Positions 39,882-50,252 of a DNA stretch of 64,000 bases are shown here, one piece after another. The notes beneath the pieces are model-generated. The model searched no databases. It was given only the letters and a program-made list of their open reading frames with translations, and was not told the origin of the DNA. Position 1 is the first letter of the stretch, and the number at the start of each line of letters is the position of its first letter. The stretch covers positions 1 through 64,000 of the forward strand of contig CAVRKK010000001.1 of NCBI GenBank assembly GCA_963722385.1. The letters are read 5' to 3'. The DNA comes from an uncultured bacterium. GTDB lineage: Bacteria > Babelota > Babeliae > Babelales > Babelaceae. Position numbers and translations under genes: made by a program.

Positions 39882-41072
39882 ATGCGCTTCTTATATGTTC
39901 TCGCTGGTTACTTTTTTATCATGGCGGGTATTGCTCAAGGCGTCGCAATGACGGTAGCGGCCCTTGAAAAGAACTTTTCTGATGGCCGTAAGCAAAAGGT
40001 ATATTTGATAGGGCATCGCCATCTGCGACCAGATAATTTGCCAGCAAACTTGCTTCACGAGGATGCGGCGTTGTTGGTAAAGGAGCAGACTGCTGTTATT
40101 ACCGAGTTCTTCGAGTTGATCAAAAAAGAAGCAACAGCATGCTTGCTTTTGGAAGCTACCCCGCTCGCTGACGAAGCCAAGCTCAATGAAATTCGCCTCC
40201 CCTCATTTTATGGCAAGTGTTTTTTCGAGGTTAACCCTGCTTGGTGTGAAAGAAATGTTGCCTCTTATATTGAGAACGAGATTTTTAGGCAAAGAGAAAT
40301 AAATAGCGTTCTCTATCTTGGGCAGGAAACGGAGGGTAATGAAGGGGTGATCATTGCTGAACCGAAAATATTTTTGGACGCAGCCCTTGAAGCGCTTTTT
40401 ATGTTGTATGAGCTTAAGAGCTTTACGCATGATAATCATATTGAGCGTTATCAAGCGGTGCGTGCCTCAAGTTTTACGCAATGTTCGCCCAATAAACTAA
40501 TTAAGACCGCGTTGGACTCGATTGGCCACATGACGACGGTGGTAAAGAGCGTTTGCGCGAAGCTGATTGATCACGAAAATCTGCAAAAAGCGCACGACTT
40601 TCTTGATTACCTTTCCCAACAGAAAAAGCTCTGGTTGAGCTTTAAAAAAGCTGCGGCCAAGTATCCGTATAAGTCAGTTGCTGACTTGGTGCTGGGCGAT
40701 ATTTTTGAGCAAAAAGGGTATCTCGCCGAAGTTGACATGGAAGAGCTTGTTAGTCAGATGGATTCAGTAAACCTCTTGCCCACCATGGATTATGCTGCTC
40801 TTGACGTAATTTTGGGTGAGCAAGCACCTTCAGTCGTTATTGCTAACGTTGGCGCGCTTCATGTTATAGATCTTGTTTGGCATCTTACGCGCGAAGGCTA
40901 TAGCGTCAATTATGGGGCGCAATTACGCTGTGGTGGTACAGTCCCGCTCACGCTTGAGAACTATAAGCAATGTTACGAGCAAGGCTTAGTGCGCCATCTC
41001 AGTGTCGAAGAGCTCAGATTGTTTCTGCGTGAGGCTCGGTCAGCGGGTTCGCCAGCGCATGATGAACTGTAA
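39882..41072 (+). CDS. Secreted hypothetical protein
   Basis: GGAGG RBS, signal peptide, 396-aa ORF; YLIG..H, LLLE and G.LH motifs weakly recall TraB/Tiki-type metalloenzymes. Confidence 0.65.
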   Translation: MRFLYVLAGYFFIMAGIAQGVAMTVAALEKNFSDGRKQKVYLIGHRHLRPDNLPANLLHEDAALLVKEQTAVITEFFELIKKEATACLLLEATPLADEAKLNEIRLPSFYGKCFFEVNPAWCERNVASYIENEIFRQREINSVLYLGQETEGNEGVIIAEPKIFLDAALEALFMLYELKSFTHDNHIERYQAVRASSFTQCSPNKLIKTALDSIGHMTTVVKSVCAKLIDHENLQKAHDFLDYLSQQKKLWLSFKKAAAKYPYKSVADLVLGDIFEQKGYLAEVDMEELVSQMDSVNLLPTMDYAALDVILGEQAPSVVIANVGALHVIDLVWHLTREGYSVNYGAQLRCGGTVPLTLENYKQCYEQGLVRHLSVEELRLFLREARSAGSPAHDEL

Positions 41073-41084
41073 CCAAGGGCTTAT

Positions 41085-41717
41085 TTATAACGAACTAAAG
41101 AATCCGAGCTGTTCAAGGGCTTGCCGAAGCTCGAACACTGGTAAGCCGCGGATTGCACTATACGAGCCACATACCGTTTGTACAAACATTTGACCAAGCC
41201 CTTCAACGGCAAGTGATCCTGATGCACCGAGAGCTCCTGACATATCGAGATAGCGATCAATCCATTTTTCTGGGACATCGCACCACGTTTCGCCTGAGAC
41301 GGTTCTTTGCACACGAGCGATTGTCTCCCAGCGGTCATTGACAGCCAGCTTTTTATCTAAGCAAAAGCTTGTGGTAGTTTGTGAGGCTCCTTGTGCTTTA
41401 GCACGTAGGAGCTCTTTGGCCTGTTCGCGGTCTTGCGGTTTGCCGTAAATAGTGCCATCAGGGCTTTGCGTCAAGGTATCAGCCGCAAGCACGTAGCACA
41501 TGGTTTCTTCAGAGGCAGGGGGTGGTAGCTGGGCGTGAGATACCTTTAAGCGCGCTAATTCTTCTACGCGTTCTTCAAGGGTCGGTAAGGTATCGCACAC
41601 GCTCTCATCAATACCGTGCTCGACGGCAAGAAAAGGAATCCCGACTTCTTGTAAAATTTTTTGGCGGGAAAAAGAGGCGGAGGCGAGATAAAGTATTGGT
41701 ATTGTAGCAATTTCCAT
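41085..41717 (-). CDS. maf: Maf family nucleotide pyrophosphatase
   Basis: LYLASAS.SR..IL, LA..K, LAADT, GKP.D...A, G.Y..I.GLP. Confidence 0.92.
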   Translation of the reverse strand: MEIATIPILYLASASFSRQKILQEVGIPFLAVEHGIDESVCDTLPTLEERVEELARLKVSHAQLPPPASEETMCYVLAADTLTQSPDGTIYGKPQDREQAKELLRAKAQGASQTTTSFCLDKKLAVNDRWETIARVQRTVSGETWCDVPEKWIDRYLDMSGALGASGSLAVEGLGQMFVQTVCGSYSAIRGLPVFELRQALEQLGFFSSL

Positions 41718-42661
41718 TAGTATTCTTCTTCTTCAAGATCGCTTTCTTGGCAGCTAAGGCTATCCTTTTTATTATCAATTTTATTATCAATAATAGGAGC
41801 TTTCTGGTTCTTTAGGCAGTCTGATATCAAGCTTTCAGCTCTTTCATTTTGATACATATGAGCCAATAATAAGGGCGTCTGGTTTGCTCTATTGCAAAGC
41901 TCGAGCGGGGCACCGTTTTCTAACAGAAGTTCGATAATACTAATATCTGCATCTTGCAGAATAGCCCAATGTAAAGGGGTATTGCGGTCTTTGTTAAAGT
42001 GCCATACCAGGTTCCGGTTTGTTCCCAGAATTTGCTTAACGAGATTTTGTATTTCTTCGATCATGCGAGTATATGCTTCGTTATCAATCGTTTCAGTATC
42101 CGGTTTTTTGGGAGCAGGCGATCTTGAGGCACTTGTCATGGCTATAAAATGGAAAAGAAACAAAAACATTGTTTCTTGATCGGCTAATTCAAGAGCGGTT
42201 TTACCTGCTTGATCACGGTCTTGTAGTGAAGCGCCATGAATTAATAAAATTTCTGTGATAATATTACTTGCTTGGGTTTTGATAGCCCAGTGCAATGGCG
42301 TGTCGCCCTCGCTATTTTCAGCAGCAATAAGAGCTGGCGAATGGGCGAGCAAATTTTCTACCGCCTCATCTTCATTCATGAATATTGCATTAAAAAAGAG
42401 CGTTATGAGCTCAGCGTGGTCGCTCTCTTCACAGACTTTTTTGGGTGGTCGCGGCTGGAAGTTATCATTTTGCTCAGTACTGGTTTCATTAAATAGCAGT
42501 TGTTTGCGAGCCCTTTTGTATGGGGTGGGGTATGTTTTGTAGGCTATCGCGTCTAGGTCGCTAAGATCAACCTTCTCGCTTTCGCTGTGTTCCATCCCAG
42601 CGAGATAAGTTGCCATGCTCATTGCTAATATGGACCATTTATAGCCTGTTTTTCGTAACAT
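41717..42661 (-). CDS. Secreted ankyrin-repeat protein
   Basis: GDTPLHWA, GKTALELA, NTPLHWA, QTPLLLA; leader ending LAGME. Confidence 0.9.
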   Translation of the reverse strand: MLRKTGYKWSILAMSMATYLAGMEHSESEKVDLSDLDAIAYKTYPTPYKRARKQLLFNETSTEQNDNFQPRPPKKVCEESDHAELITLFFNAIFMNEDEAVENLLAHSPALIAAENSEGDTPLHWAIKTQASNIITEILLIHGASLQDRDQAGKTALELADQETMFLFLFHFIAMTSASRSPAPKKPDTETIDNEAYTRMIEEIQNLVKQILGTNRNLVWHFNKDRNTPLHWAILQDADISIIELLLENGAPLELCNRANQTPLLLAHMYQNERAESLISDCLKNQKAPIIDNKIDNKKDSLSCQESDLEEEEY

Positions 42662-42841
42662 ATCGCCCCTTTTTGAAAAATGATACAGGGGAAGATCATA
42701 CTGCGATTTTTGAGCACTTGCAACTTTTCTTTTTAATTCTCATAAAAATATTTTTTATACAATTACTTTATATTAGCAATATATTGATATCAAAAAGTGA
42801 GGTTACAGGAGTGCTCTATAACCTCATCAATTTCAGAGAAA

Positions 42842-43507
42842 TTAGTCTTCTTTTTCAGGAGCGAGGTTTTGCCATAAGCGCGTAATGTCTTCGTCGCTTG
42901 TTACAGCCTCTAGGCAGGTTTTAAGATGCGCAATTAACTCATTATCCAAACTTATATCGTGGTTAGGAAGATCTTTTAAAGTGTCCTTGATTATATTAAG
43001 GAGATTTTGGAGACCTTCATTGGTTAAGTGTTCAATATTATAGTCAATAATTTGATCTGTAACCGTGCTTGCCATGCAAGCTACTGGTATTAGCAAAAGC
43101 TGTCCTATTGACGCGGCGAACCCGGCAAATAGAATACCTCCACAGTATGTGGAACATTCAGCGTTAGCTTCACGTGGCCACCAAGCATTGAGCATTCCAC
43201 AATACCAATGGGTAACTTCTGCCAAAAATTTAAGAGCTTCACGCACTTCCTTACCTGCTCCATTGGTTCTTAAAAGTTGAGCAACAAGATGTGCTGCCTT
43301 TACCGTATCAACTTTAAAAAATGGACTCTTACGTTCTTTAATCGTAGCACCCAAAGCTTGCTTCAGGTCGGCCAAAATTATCCACGCTGGAGCTCCCTCT
43401 TGAGCATTTGAAACATGTGTTGTTCGCGGGTCGTCCATTGTGTGCAGGCGAGAGCTGCCAAAATAGCCAGACATAACAAGCGCAAGTGATAAAAGTACTT
43501 TAAGCAT
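42842..43507 (-). CDS. Secreted/membrane hypothetical protein
   Basis: AAGGAG RBS, signal peptide, internal hydrophobic Cys-containing segment. Confidence 0.65.
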   Translation of the reverse strand: MLKVLLSLALVMSGYFGSSRLHTMDDPRTTHVSNAQEGAPAWIILADLKQALGATIKERKSPFFKVDTVKAAHLVAQLLRTNGAGKEVREALKFLAEVTHWYCGMLNAWWPREANAECSTYCGGILFAGFAASIGQLLLIPVACMASTVTDQIIDYNIEHLTNEGLQNLLNIIKDTLKDLPNHDISLDNELIAHLKTCLEAVTSDEDITRLWQNLAPEKED

Positions 43508-43626
43508 GATTGCTCCTTTTGGTAAAATATAAATCACTTTAAGTTAAGCACTTTTCTCTAAAAAATCAATTTTAAAATGAAGAGTAAGTTGAGTTAAAAA
43601 CCATTTTTTTTACCCTGTATCCAAAG

Positions 43627-43830
43627 GAATGGCCTATGCGGCCAGCAGAAGGGTGCTAGCGTGACCTACGCTAATCGCCTTCTTTCGAAGGCTGCTCCGG
43701 ACAAAACATGCGTTACTTCGCATGTTTTGTCTTTCACCCCACACCACGGTTCCTTGGTCCCTCCAAACGGCCCCAACTCGGTCGCTTCGCATCCTAGATG
43801 CTCGAGCTTCCTCAAACAGGGAGGCCTCAG
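43627..43830. repeat. GC-rich structured dispersed element, copy B
   Basis: GAATGGCCTATGCGGCCAGC start, CCTTGGTCCC..AACGGCCCCAACT core, GGAGGCCTCA end; internal 37-nt module matches 29973-30009 inverted (35/37). Confidence 0.7.
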
Positions 43831-44089
43831 CCGACTCCGCCATAGTGGCATCTAACAATCGACCTGATGTAATGAAGCTACGACGGCCGGATCAGAGTTG
43901 TTTATTAAAATGGAGATTTTTAACCTTATTTTGTTAATTTCACAATTCGCTCAATGAAAGATTGGTCCATAAATTGCTGATTGTTGAGCTGGATGGTTCG
44001 AGTTATATGAGAAAGATTTAGGTGTTCCCTTGTGTTATAATATATATCTTATAGTTTTAGATGGGTAAAAATCTGATAACAAAAAAGAG

Positions 44090-45319
44090 ATGATGAAAAT
44101 AGGTTCGATTAAAGATCCAAGGGTTGTCCGTGCTCGACAATTAACGACTTCGCAAGGTCGCCGCGCAGCTCAGCAATTTTTGTTAGAGGGCAAGGAACAA
44201 TTGAGCTGGGGATTAGAAGCGCGACTGAGCATTGAAGGTGTCTTTATTTATGAAAGGGCCCAAGAGGATGTTTTGATAAAAGATTTGGAGCGCCTTAAGA
44301 TTCCGTACAATGTTGTATCAGAGGGCATATTGAAAAAGATTACAGATACTTCTTATTTGGTGCCTATTGTTGGTGTCGCCAAAAACCCTGACATTGCCGA
44401 TGTGCACAAAGATTTTGTTATAGTATTAGACAATCTTATAGACCAGGGCAATATTGGGACCATTGTGCGCTCTGCTCATGCATTTGGCATAGATATGCTT
44501 ATAAGCACGCGTGAGAATGCTGATTTTTTTTATAAAAAGATTATTGATGCATCACGTGGTACGATTTTTAGGACACATCTCAAAAAATTTGATACTCCGG
44601 GCGATACGATACGTTACTTAAAAAATGAAGGCTATTTTGTTATTGCGACGAGTCCCCACGCACATCAGCTGCAATCTATGGTAAACTTGGCAGCTAAGCC
44701 TGTTGCATTAGTGCTTGGCAATGAAACTAATGGTTGCTCGCAGGAATTTATTCAACATGCCGATCTCTTAGTGCAAATACCCATGAAGTCAGATGTCGAG
44801 TCGCTTAATGTAGCTGTTGCGGCCGGCATCAGTATATATGAACTCAAGATAAAATTGGTTATAGCAATGCTTATTCAAAAAATTTATAAAAATCTTGGTC
44901 GTCAGTTTGGCGTTACCGTTAAGTTGATCCAGCAAGCCTTTGACGTGGAGTTAAAGAAGGTTACCAGTTTGTCTGCTCTGCAGGTGATTTTGCTTATGAT
45001 AGCAAAATGTGATCGTTTTATGTCGATTGATCAAGTAATGAAAGATATTGGGGAACATGGCGAGGGATTAGGTAATTTTCTTGCTCCATTGCGGGCAAAT
45101 GAGTATATAAATGATATAACCCAAGATGGCGTGTCTGGTATAGTATTAACGAAGCGTGGGGAAGAGCTTATAGCAAAACTGTGGCCTGTCGTTGAGGCAA
45201 CTGAAGAAAGAATATTAGATAATTTTTCGCCTCAAGACAGAGCCCAGCTTATCAAGTATATTACTCAAATTCATGATAATTGTTATAAAATAATAGCGGA
45301 TAATGCGAGTCACGCGTAG
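44090..45319 (+). CDS. TrmH/SpoU RNA methyltransferase fused to a C-terminal MarR-like winged helix
   Basis: LDN..D.GN.GTI.RSA.AFG, LVLGNE..G, IPM...VESLNVAVAAGI..YE; C-terminal LS..Q..IL...LT.RG...E..IL..FS..D...L. Confidence 0.85.
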   Translation: MMKIGSIKDPRVVRARQLTTSQGRRAAQQFLLEGKEQLSWGLEARLSIEGVFIYERAQEDVLIKDLERLKIPYNVVSEGILKKITDTSYLVPIVGVAKNPDIADVHKDFVIVLDNLIDQGNIGTIVRSAHAFGIDMLISTRENADFFYKKIIDASRGTIFRTHLKKFDTPGDTIRYLKNEGYFVIATSPHAHQLQSMVNLAAKPVALVLGNETNGCSQEFIQHADLLVQIPMKSDVESLNVAVAAGISIYELKIKLVIAMLIQKIYKNLGRQFGVTVKLIQQAFDVELKKVTSLSALQVILLMIAKCDRFMSIDQVMKDIGEHGEGLGNFLAPLRANEYINDITQDGVSGIVLTKRGEELIAKLWPVVEATEERILDNFSPQDRAQLIKYITQIHDNCYKIIADNASHA

Positions 45320-45331
45320 TAATAATTTTTT

Positions 45332-46537
45332 TTAAATGATAACAAATGCCGCGCAAACTGGACGCTCATGTCTTTCTTTTTCTTTTTGAGTAATGAGTTT
45401 TTCATGGCTGGTTGTGCCACAGGGGCTATTCATAATTTTTCTTTGTACATAGAGTGTGCTGCATCCTCCGCCGCCCATGTTGAGTGCGTATGTGCATCCT
45501 TGCTCGAGCATAAAATCTGCAAGCTGTGGTAATGCTAGGCCGCTACTATAGCCGGGCTGTCGTCCATCTACCACGACAAAAAGCCATTTGCCATCTGGCA
45601 AAATACCGACAGCTGAGCGTGGATGATCTTCGAAAATGAGCCATTTGCGCTCAGTTGCGTGCGAAAAATCAGCTCCGATTTCATCAGCGCAATGAGTAAT
45701 AGGCTTGTCCAGCTGAAAATCTTCCTCGAAATCATGCAGACAACTATTGTTACGTATAAGCAGGCCAGCGCCGCTCGCCGTAAAATCCATAGACGATATA
45801 TTAATATCCTGTTTGTTTTGTTTTAGTGTGATGCTGTGCTGGTAACTCACGTGCATCCCTTTCTTGAGTCGGCGCTCCAGAGGGCAGTCTTTACCGATCG
45901 AATACACAAAGCCTTTTTGCGGTATATGCGCGTTTCCTTTATCTACCAAAACATCAATAATGCGATTACGGGAAACAACAACTTCGTAGCCACGATTTCG
46001 TGTGCGCGTCGAGGAGCCAAAAGCAGGCGTATAAATGACAGCTTCAGCATCATCGCGTGGTTGATTAACTCTATCAACGTGGTAAGTATGGCCTCCAATT
46101 GATAATGTATGATGAGAATGTAGTGGGCCGTATAATGGCTTAGTCTCATTTTCTTTCCAACAAATCGCTGATCGCGAAATACCCGGATCAGCAAAGAGCT
46201 TATGTCGAATCTTCAAGAAATCGACGGCATTACCATTAAATGTGCCACCACGCCGATAATTATTGCAATTCATGCCTGCAATGCCACCGATGCGATCAAC
46301 AATGGAAGAAACAGGTTCGCGTGAACAACCGTCGCCCAGGGCATGCTCTAAGATAATACGTCTTTTGGCAGGATCTATCGTAAGCATGTAAATAACATGC
46401 AAGGTAGGATTACTCCGTATAATCGTTGTTAAGGTGAGGCCTGGAGCAATCTCTCGCGAGTATTTCGTACAATGGAGCCCATATGAGCAAAAAAATAGGC
46501 CAATTAAGATTTTAGCTATAACGAAATTTTTGAACAT
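45332..46537 (-). CDS. Phosphodiester glycosidase (NAGPA/DUF2233) family, secreted
   Basis: HPRSAVG, VVVDGRQ..YS.G..L..LA, A.N.GGGG.STL, ERPV. Confidence 0.88.
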   Translation of the reverse strand: MFKNFVIAKILIGLFFCSYGLHCTKYSREIAPGLTLTTIIRSNPTLHVIYMLTIDPAKRRIILEHALGDGCSREPVSSIVDRIGGIAGMNCNNYRRGGTFNGNAVDFLKIRHKLFADPGISRSAICWKENETKPLYGPLHSHHTLSIGGHTYHVDRVNQPRDDAEAVIYTPAFGSSTRTRNRGYEVVVSRNRIIDVLVDKGNAHIPQKGFVYSIGKDCPLERRLKKGMHVSYQHSITLKQNKQDINISSMDFTASGAGLLIRNNSCLHDFEEDFQLDKPITHCADEIGADFSHATERKWLIFEDHPRSAVGILPDGKWLFVVVDGRQPGYSSGLALPQLADFMLEQGCTYALNMGGGGCSTLYVQRKIMNSPCGTTSHEKLITQKEKERHERPVCAAFVII

Positions 46538-46659
46538 GTTGCTATCGATACTTTAGCTAACAATTTTGGTAATATGGGAGCACCTAGATAATGTTAACAA
46601 ACCCGAGCGAAAAGTTAATAAGGTTTTAAATATCGGTCAATGTTGGTTGCGCTGCAATC

Positions 46660-47862
46660 CTAAAACCACGTTGCAGCTTTTTTATCGAGCCGAGTTATAA
46701 GGTTTCCCACTGATTGCCAGCTGACTATGTTCCCTCGGCTTCTCGATTGATTTTCGCTACCGCCATATATGACGTAGCTGTTAACGGGATTAGCCTCTGC
46801 AAGTTCATTCCATGCTTCAAGACTCTTAAAAAATTCGTAGGAAAGCGTTTCTGAGGCTTTGATTTCTATAGGAAATAGCTGGGTTTCGAGAGAAACTAAG
46901 CAGTCTACTTCTATCCTGCCATTTTTATCACGCCAAAAGTAAAGCGGAGGCCGTCTTCCGGTGTTATAAAATTGTTTTGCCAAGTCACTTATTATGAAAT
47001 TTTCAAAGAGGCTGCCTTTAAAAGGGTTGAGCGCAAGGGTCTTTGAGGAGGTGATCCCCAATAGATTGCAGACAATACCAGTATCGTAGAAATACAGCTT
47101 AGGGGTTCTTGTGAGCCTTTTGTTGAAATTATTATAATAAGGCTGCAGGAGAAAAACAATATAACTCGCTTCAAGTATTGAAAGCCACTTATGTGCGGTG
47201 GGGCTGCTGATACCACAATAAGCAGCTAAATCAGTGAGATTAAGCTGTTGGCCAACTCGGCCGGCACATAAGCCTAAAAATTTCTGAAATGTCCGCAAGT
47301 CGCCGACATTGACTAAGTTGCGAACGTCTCGTTCGATATAGGTATGAATATAAGCAGCATAGAGATCTGCTGGGGCGATTTTTTCTGCATAGAGTCGAGG
47401 ATAGCTTCCTTGAACGATGTAATCATTCACGTTGTCATGGAGAAGTTTGTTTTCTTTTAATTCGTTAATAGAAAGGGCAAGCAGCGTAAGGATCCCCACT
47501 CTTCCGGCTAATGATTGGCTTATAGCTTGGTTCATAAGGAAATTGTGAGAACCGGTTAGCACAAAGTAGCCCGCTCTTTTTTGCTGATCAACTTCAAGCT
47601 GGAGGTAGTGCAAAAGCTGGGGGACGTATTGGAATTCGTCTAAGATGACGCCATGCTTGTTTTCAGCCTCTTTCAAAAATTGCTTAGGGTCGGTAGCGGC
47701 GAACTCCCTAATGGCAGGATCTTCGAAAGAAAAAAATTGGTGCTTTTTAAAATTTGTTTGTGCAAAGGTAGTTTTTCCTGATTGGCGAGGGCCCAAAATT
47801 GCTATGACAGGAAATTTTTTAAATCGAGCGAGCGTTTTTCTGATATCTCTCGTAAATAACAT
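46660..47862 (-). CDS. AAA_14 ATPase with DUF4143 domain
   Basis: GPRQSGKTT, ILDEFQ, LTGS, SLAGR, TYIERD, PKLYFYDTG, FWRD...EVD, IEIK. Confidence 0.93.
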   Translation of the reverse strand: MLFTRDIRKTLARFKKFPVIAILGPRQSGKTTFAQTNFKKHQFFSFEDPAIREFAATDPKQFLKEAENKHGVILDEFQYVPQLLHYLQLEVDQQKRAGYFVLTGSHNFLMNQAISQSLAGRVGILTLLALSINELKENKLLHDNVNDYIVQGSYPRLYAEKIAPADLYAAYIHTYIERDVRNLVNVGDLRTFQKFLGLCAGRVGQQLNLTDLAAYCGISSPTAHKWLSILEASYIVFLLQPYYNNFNKRLTRTPKLYFYDTGIVCNLLGITSSKTLALNPFKGSLFENFIISDLAKQFYNTGRRPPLYFWRDKNGRIEVDCLVSLETQLFPIEIKASETLSYEFFKSLEAWNELAEANPVNSYVIYGGSENQSRSRGNIVSWQSVGNLITRLDKKAATWF

Positions 47863-48644
47863 ATGTTCCTTGTGCTACTTTAAAGTTAGATTTTAAAGTA
47901 GCACAACTTCCAGGGGAAGAGCAAGGTTTTTCTCTTTTAAGCGTATGCTCACGCTAAGGTTCCAAATTTGCGACTTTTCAGACAGGCTCTTAGTTCGCCC
48001 TCAGTAATTAATAATTATTCTCGGCTTGTTTTTCTTAAAGTTATGGGAAGCAACATGTTTTTTAAGGTAGGAGATTGAGGATTTATAAGTTTTTGGTTAG
48101 GTGAGTCGGTAACTGTTGCGTTTTCATTTTCAGTTTGAATTTTAACAGAAAGCTCAGGAGAAGCTTGTGGGGAGGTTATAACCTTGACCGTCAGCAAGGG
48201 TTGAGACTAGTAAGTAAAAACAAAGTAAAAGTCTCATAAAAACTCCTCTGTTAAAGCGCTACGTACTCGTGAGCAATCTTATAAAAAAGTTGAGTTTCGT
48301 CAACTCTTTTAAGTTTTTAAATCACCACAGCAAAAATGGCATATCAATTTAGGTTTTGAAATTTTCGCCCTTTTTTTGTTCTTGTTTAATCGGCGTTTTC
48401 AGAATCCGAACGAGATGAATTTAAATAAAGTTTTTACGAGAGATGATTGAGCTCATAGTTCATCTTTGTATTGTTTAACCTGGTTGATTCTTGATAGAAA
48501 TCTAAGGATTTTGCCAGCCAGCTTCTACCTCGCCTGGAGGAGCGTAGCTCTCTATAAAATTTATAGCTGAAAGTGCCCTTGCTTGCGCCGGCAAGCTTTG
48601 ATAAGCTGGGAGTGCTTCAAAAAGATAGTAATGGGGTGCATTTG

Positions 48645-49217
48645 ATGAACGATTGTCTGCCTTGCAAAAGCAACGAACTTTCTGGTCTAAAAATCGCGAT
48701 TTTAGCAACCAATGGCGTTGAAGAATCTGAGTTGACAGAGCCTCGAAAAGCTTTTGATGATGTTGGAGCAAAAACGTATCTTGTTTCACCATCGTACCCT
48801 AATTTGCGTGCCTGGCACACCGGCCAGTGGGGCCAATTATATAACGTTGATGTTGCTCTCAATACTGCAGATTCTCATAACTTTAATGCGCTTGTTTTAC
48901 CCGGCGGCGTGATGAATCCCGACTCTTTGCGTATGGATCCTCTTGCTGTCGCCTTTGTTAAACAATTTTTTAAAGCTGGCAAACCAATTGCTTCAATTTG
49001 TCATGGTCCCTGGCTTCTTGTTGAGGCAGATATTATTAAGGGGAAAAAGCTGACCTCATGGCCTTCGCTTAAAACAGATATACGAAATGCGGGAGGTCTC
49101 TGGCTTGATGAAGAAGTTGTTATTGATGATGGCATAATAACCTCACGTAAACCAAGCGATATTCCGGCTTTTGCTAAAGCAGCTATTCAGATATTTAGGC
49201 ACCTTAAGAAAGCTTGA
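48645..49217 (+). CDS. DJ-1/PfpI family type 1 glutamine amidotransferase-like protein
   Basis: AILATNGVEESEL..P, LVLPGG..NPD.LR, SICHGPW, TSRKP.DI. Confidence 0.93.
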   Translation: MNDCLPCKSNELSGLKIAILATNGVEESELTEPRKAFDDVGAKTYLVSPSYPNLRAWHTGQWGQLYNVDVALNTADSHNFNALVLPGGVMNPDSLRMDPLAVAFVKQFFKAGKPIASICHGPWLLVEADIIKGKKLTSWPSLKTDIRNAGGLWLDEEVVIDDGIITSRKPSDIPAFAKAAIQIFRHLKKA

Positions 49218-49223
49218 GCACGA

Positions 49224-49862
49224 ATGACCAAAAAATTATTTTGGCAAGATCCCTACCAAACGCAGCTCGATACTTGTATTACCAGTGTTGACGGTAATAA
49301 AGTCACTGTTGCGGAAACAATCTTTTATGCGTTCTCTGGCGCACAAGAAAGCGATGCCGGGACGATCGGTTATAAGCGTGTTATTGAGGCAAGAAAAGAG
49401 GGTAAAGAAATTATTTATGCTCTCGAAACTAATCATGGTCTGGGGCTGGGTGATCAGGTAACGATGTGTATCGATTGGGAGCGGCGCTATCGGCTTATGC
49501 GCTTGCATTTTGCAGCAGAGCTTGTTCTCGAGTTGATTGGCAGGCACTTAAAGAGCATCGAGAAAATCGGTGCTCATATTGCACAGGATAAGGCGCGCAT
49601 TGATTTTAAATGGCCAAGTAATATTTCCCAGATTTTTCCGCACGTCAAATCTGAAGCACAAAATATTATCAATGCTGATCATCGCATAATAAGCGCTTTT
49701 AGTGACGAAGAAAACCAACGGCGTTATTGGGAAATAGAAGGATTCGCTCGCGTTTCCTGTGGAGGCACCCATCCCAAGCGAACCGCCGAGATTGGTGAAA
49801 TTTCCCTCAAGCATGACAATAGAGGCAAAGGACAAGAGAGAGTTATTATCTCCTTGTCGTAA
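49224..49862 (+). CDS. AlaX-type alanyl-tRNA editing protein
   Basis: LFW.DPY, T.FYA..G.Q.SD.G, IDW.RRY.LMRLH, CGGTH. Confidence 0.9.
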   Translation: MTKKLFWQDPYQTQLDTCITSVDGNKVTVAETIFYAFSGAQESDAGTIGYKRVIEARKEGKEIIYALETNHGLGLGDQVTMCIDWERRYRLMRLHFAAELVLELIGRHLKSIEKIGAHIAQDKARIDFKWPSNISQIFPHVKSEAQNIINADHRIISAFSDEENQRRYWEIEGFARVSCGGTHPKRTAEIGEISLKHDNRGKGQERVIISLS

Positions 49863-50006
49863 TTATCCTCTGATCGTATATAAAACAGTGTTATTTTTGG
49901 TGACATTTTTCAAAATATATACGCTGCATATCTGCAGCGTATATATTTGAGTTGCCTTACAAAAACATTAATAATGCAGCGTATATAACTGAATTACTCT
50001 TCCGTA

Positions 50007-50252
50007 CTAGGGAGAATGTTTTTTGAACGCTTCCTCCGTAGCAGTGACAATGTTTTTTGGGATGAGCGGTTGGCATTTACGATGTAAAGCCCATTCTTCG
50101 ATTACGCAGTAACCCTTGGAGCCGAGTAGCAAATAGGCCCCGCCCAAATTCTTGCAGAACATTGCTGCAGGGTTGGGCATACCGATTTGTGGCGATACTG
50201 TTGCTGATATAACTAATGCAATTAATGGTACAAGTGCTAATACCTTCTTCAT
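50007..50252 (-). CDS. DUF333 (putative hemolysin) small secreted protein
   Basis: Signal peptide then IGMPNPAA.FC..LGG...GYC..EEWAL. Confidence 0.8.
   Translation of the reverse strand: MKKVLALVPLIALVISATVSPQIGMPNPAAMFCKNLGGAYLLLGSKGYCVIEEWALHRKCQPLIPKNIVTATEEAFKKHSP

Noticed and set aside
48015..48237. Possible frameshifted small secreted gene (MRLLLCFYLLVSTL... behind GAGGAG)
   Set aside because: Too short and no homology evidence to call
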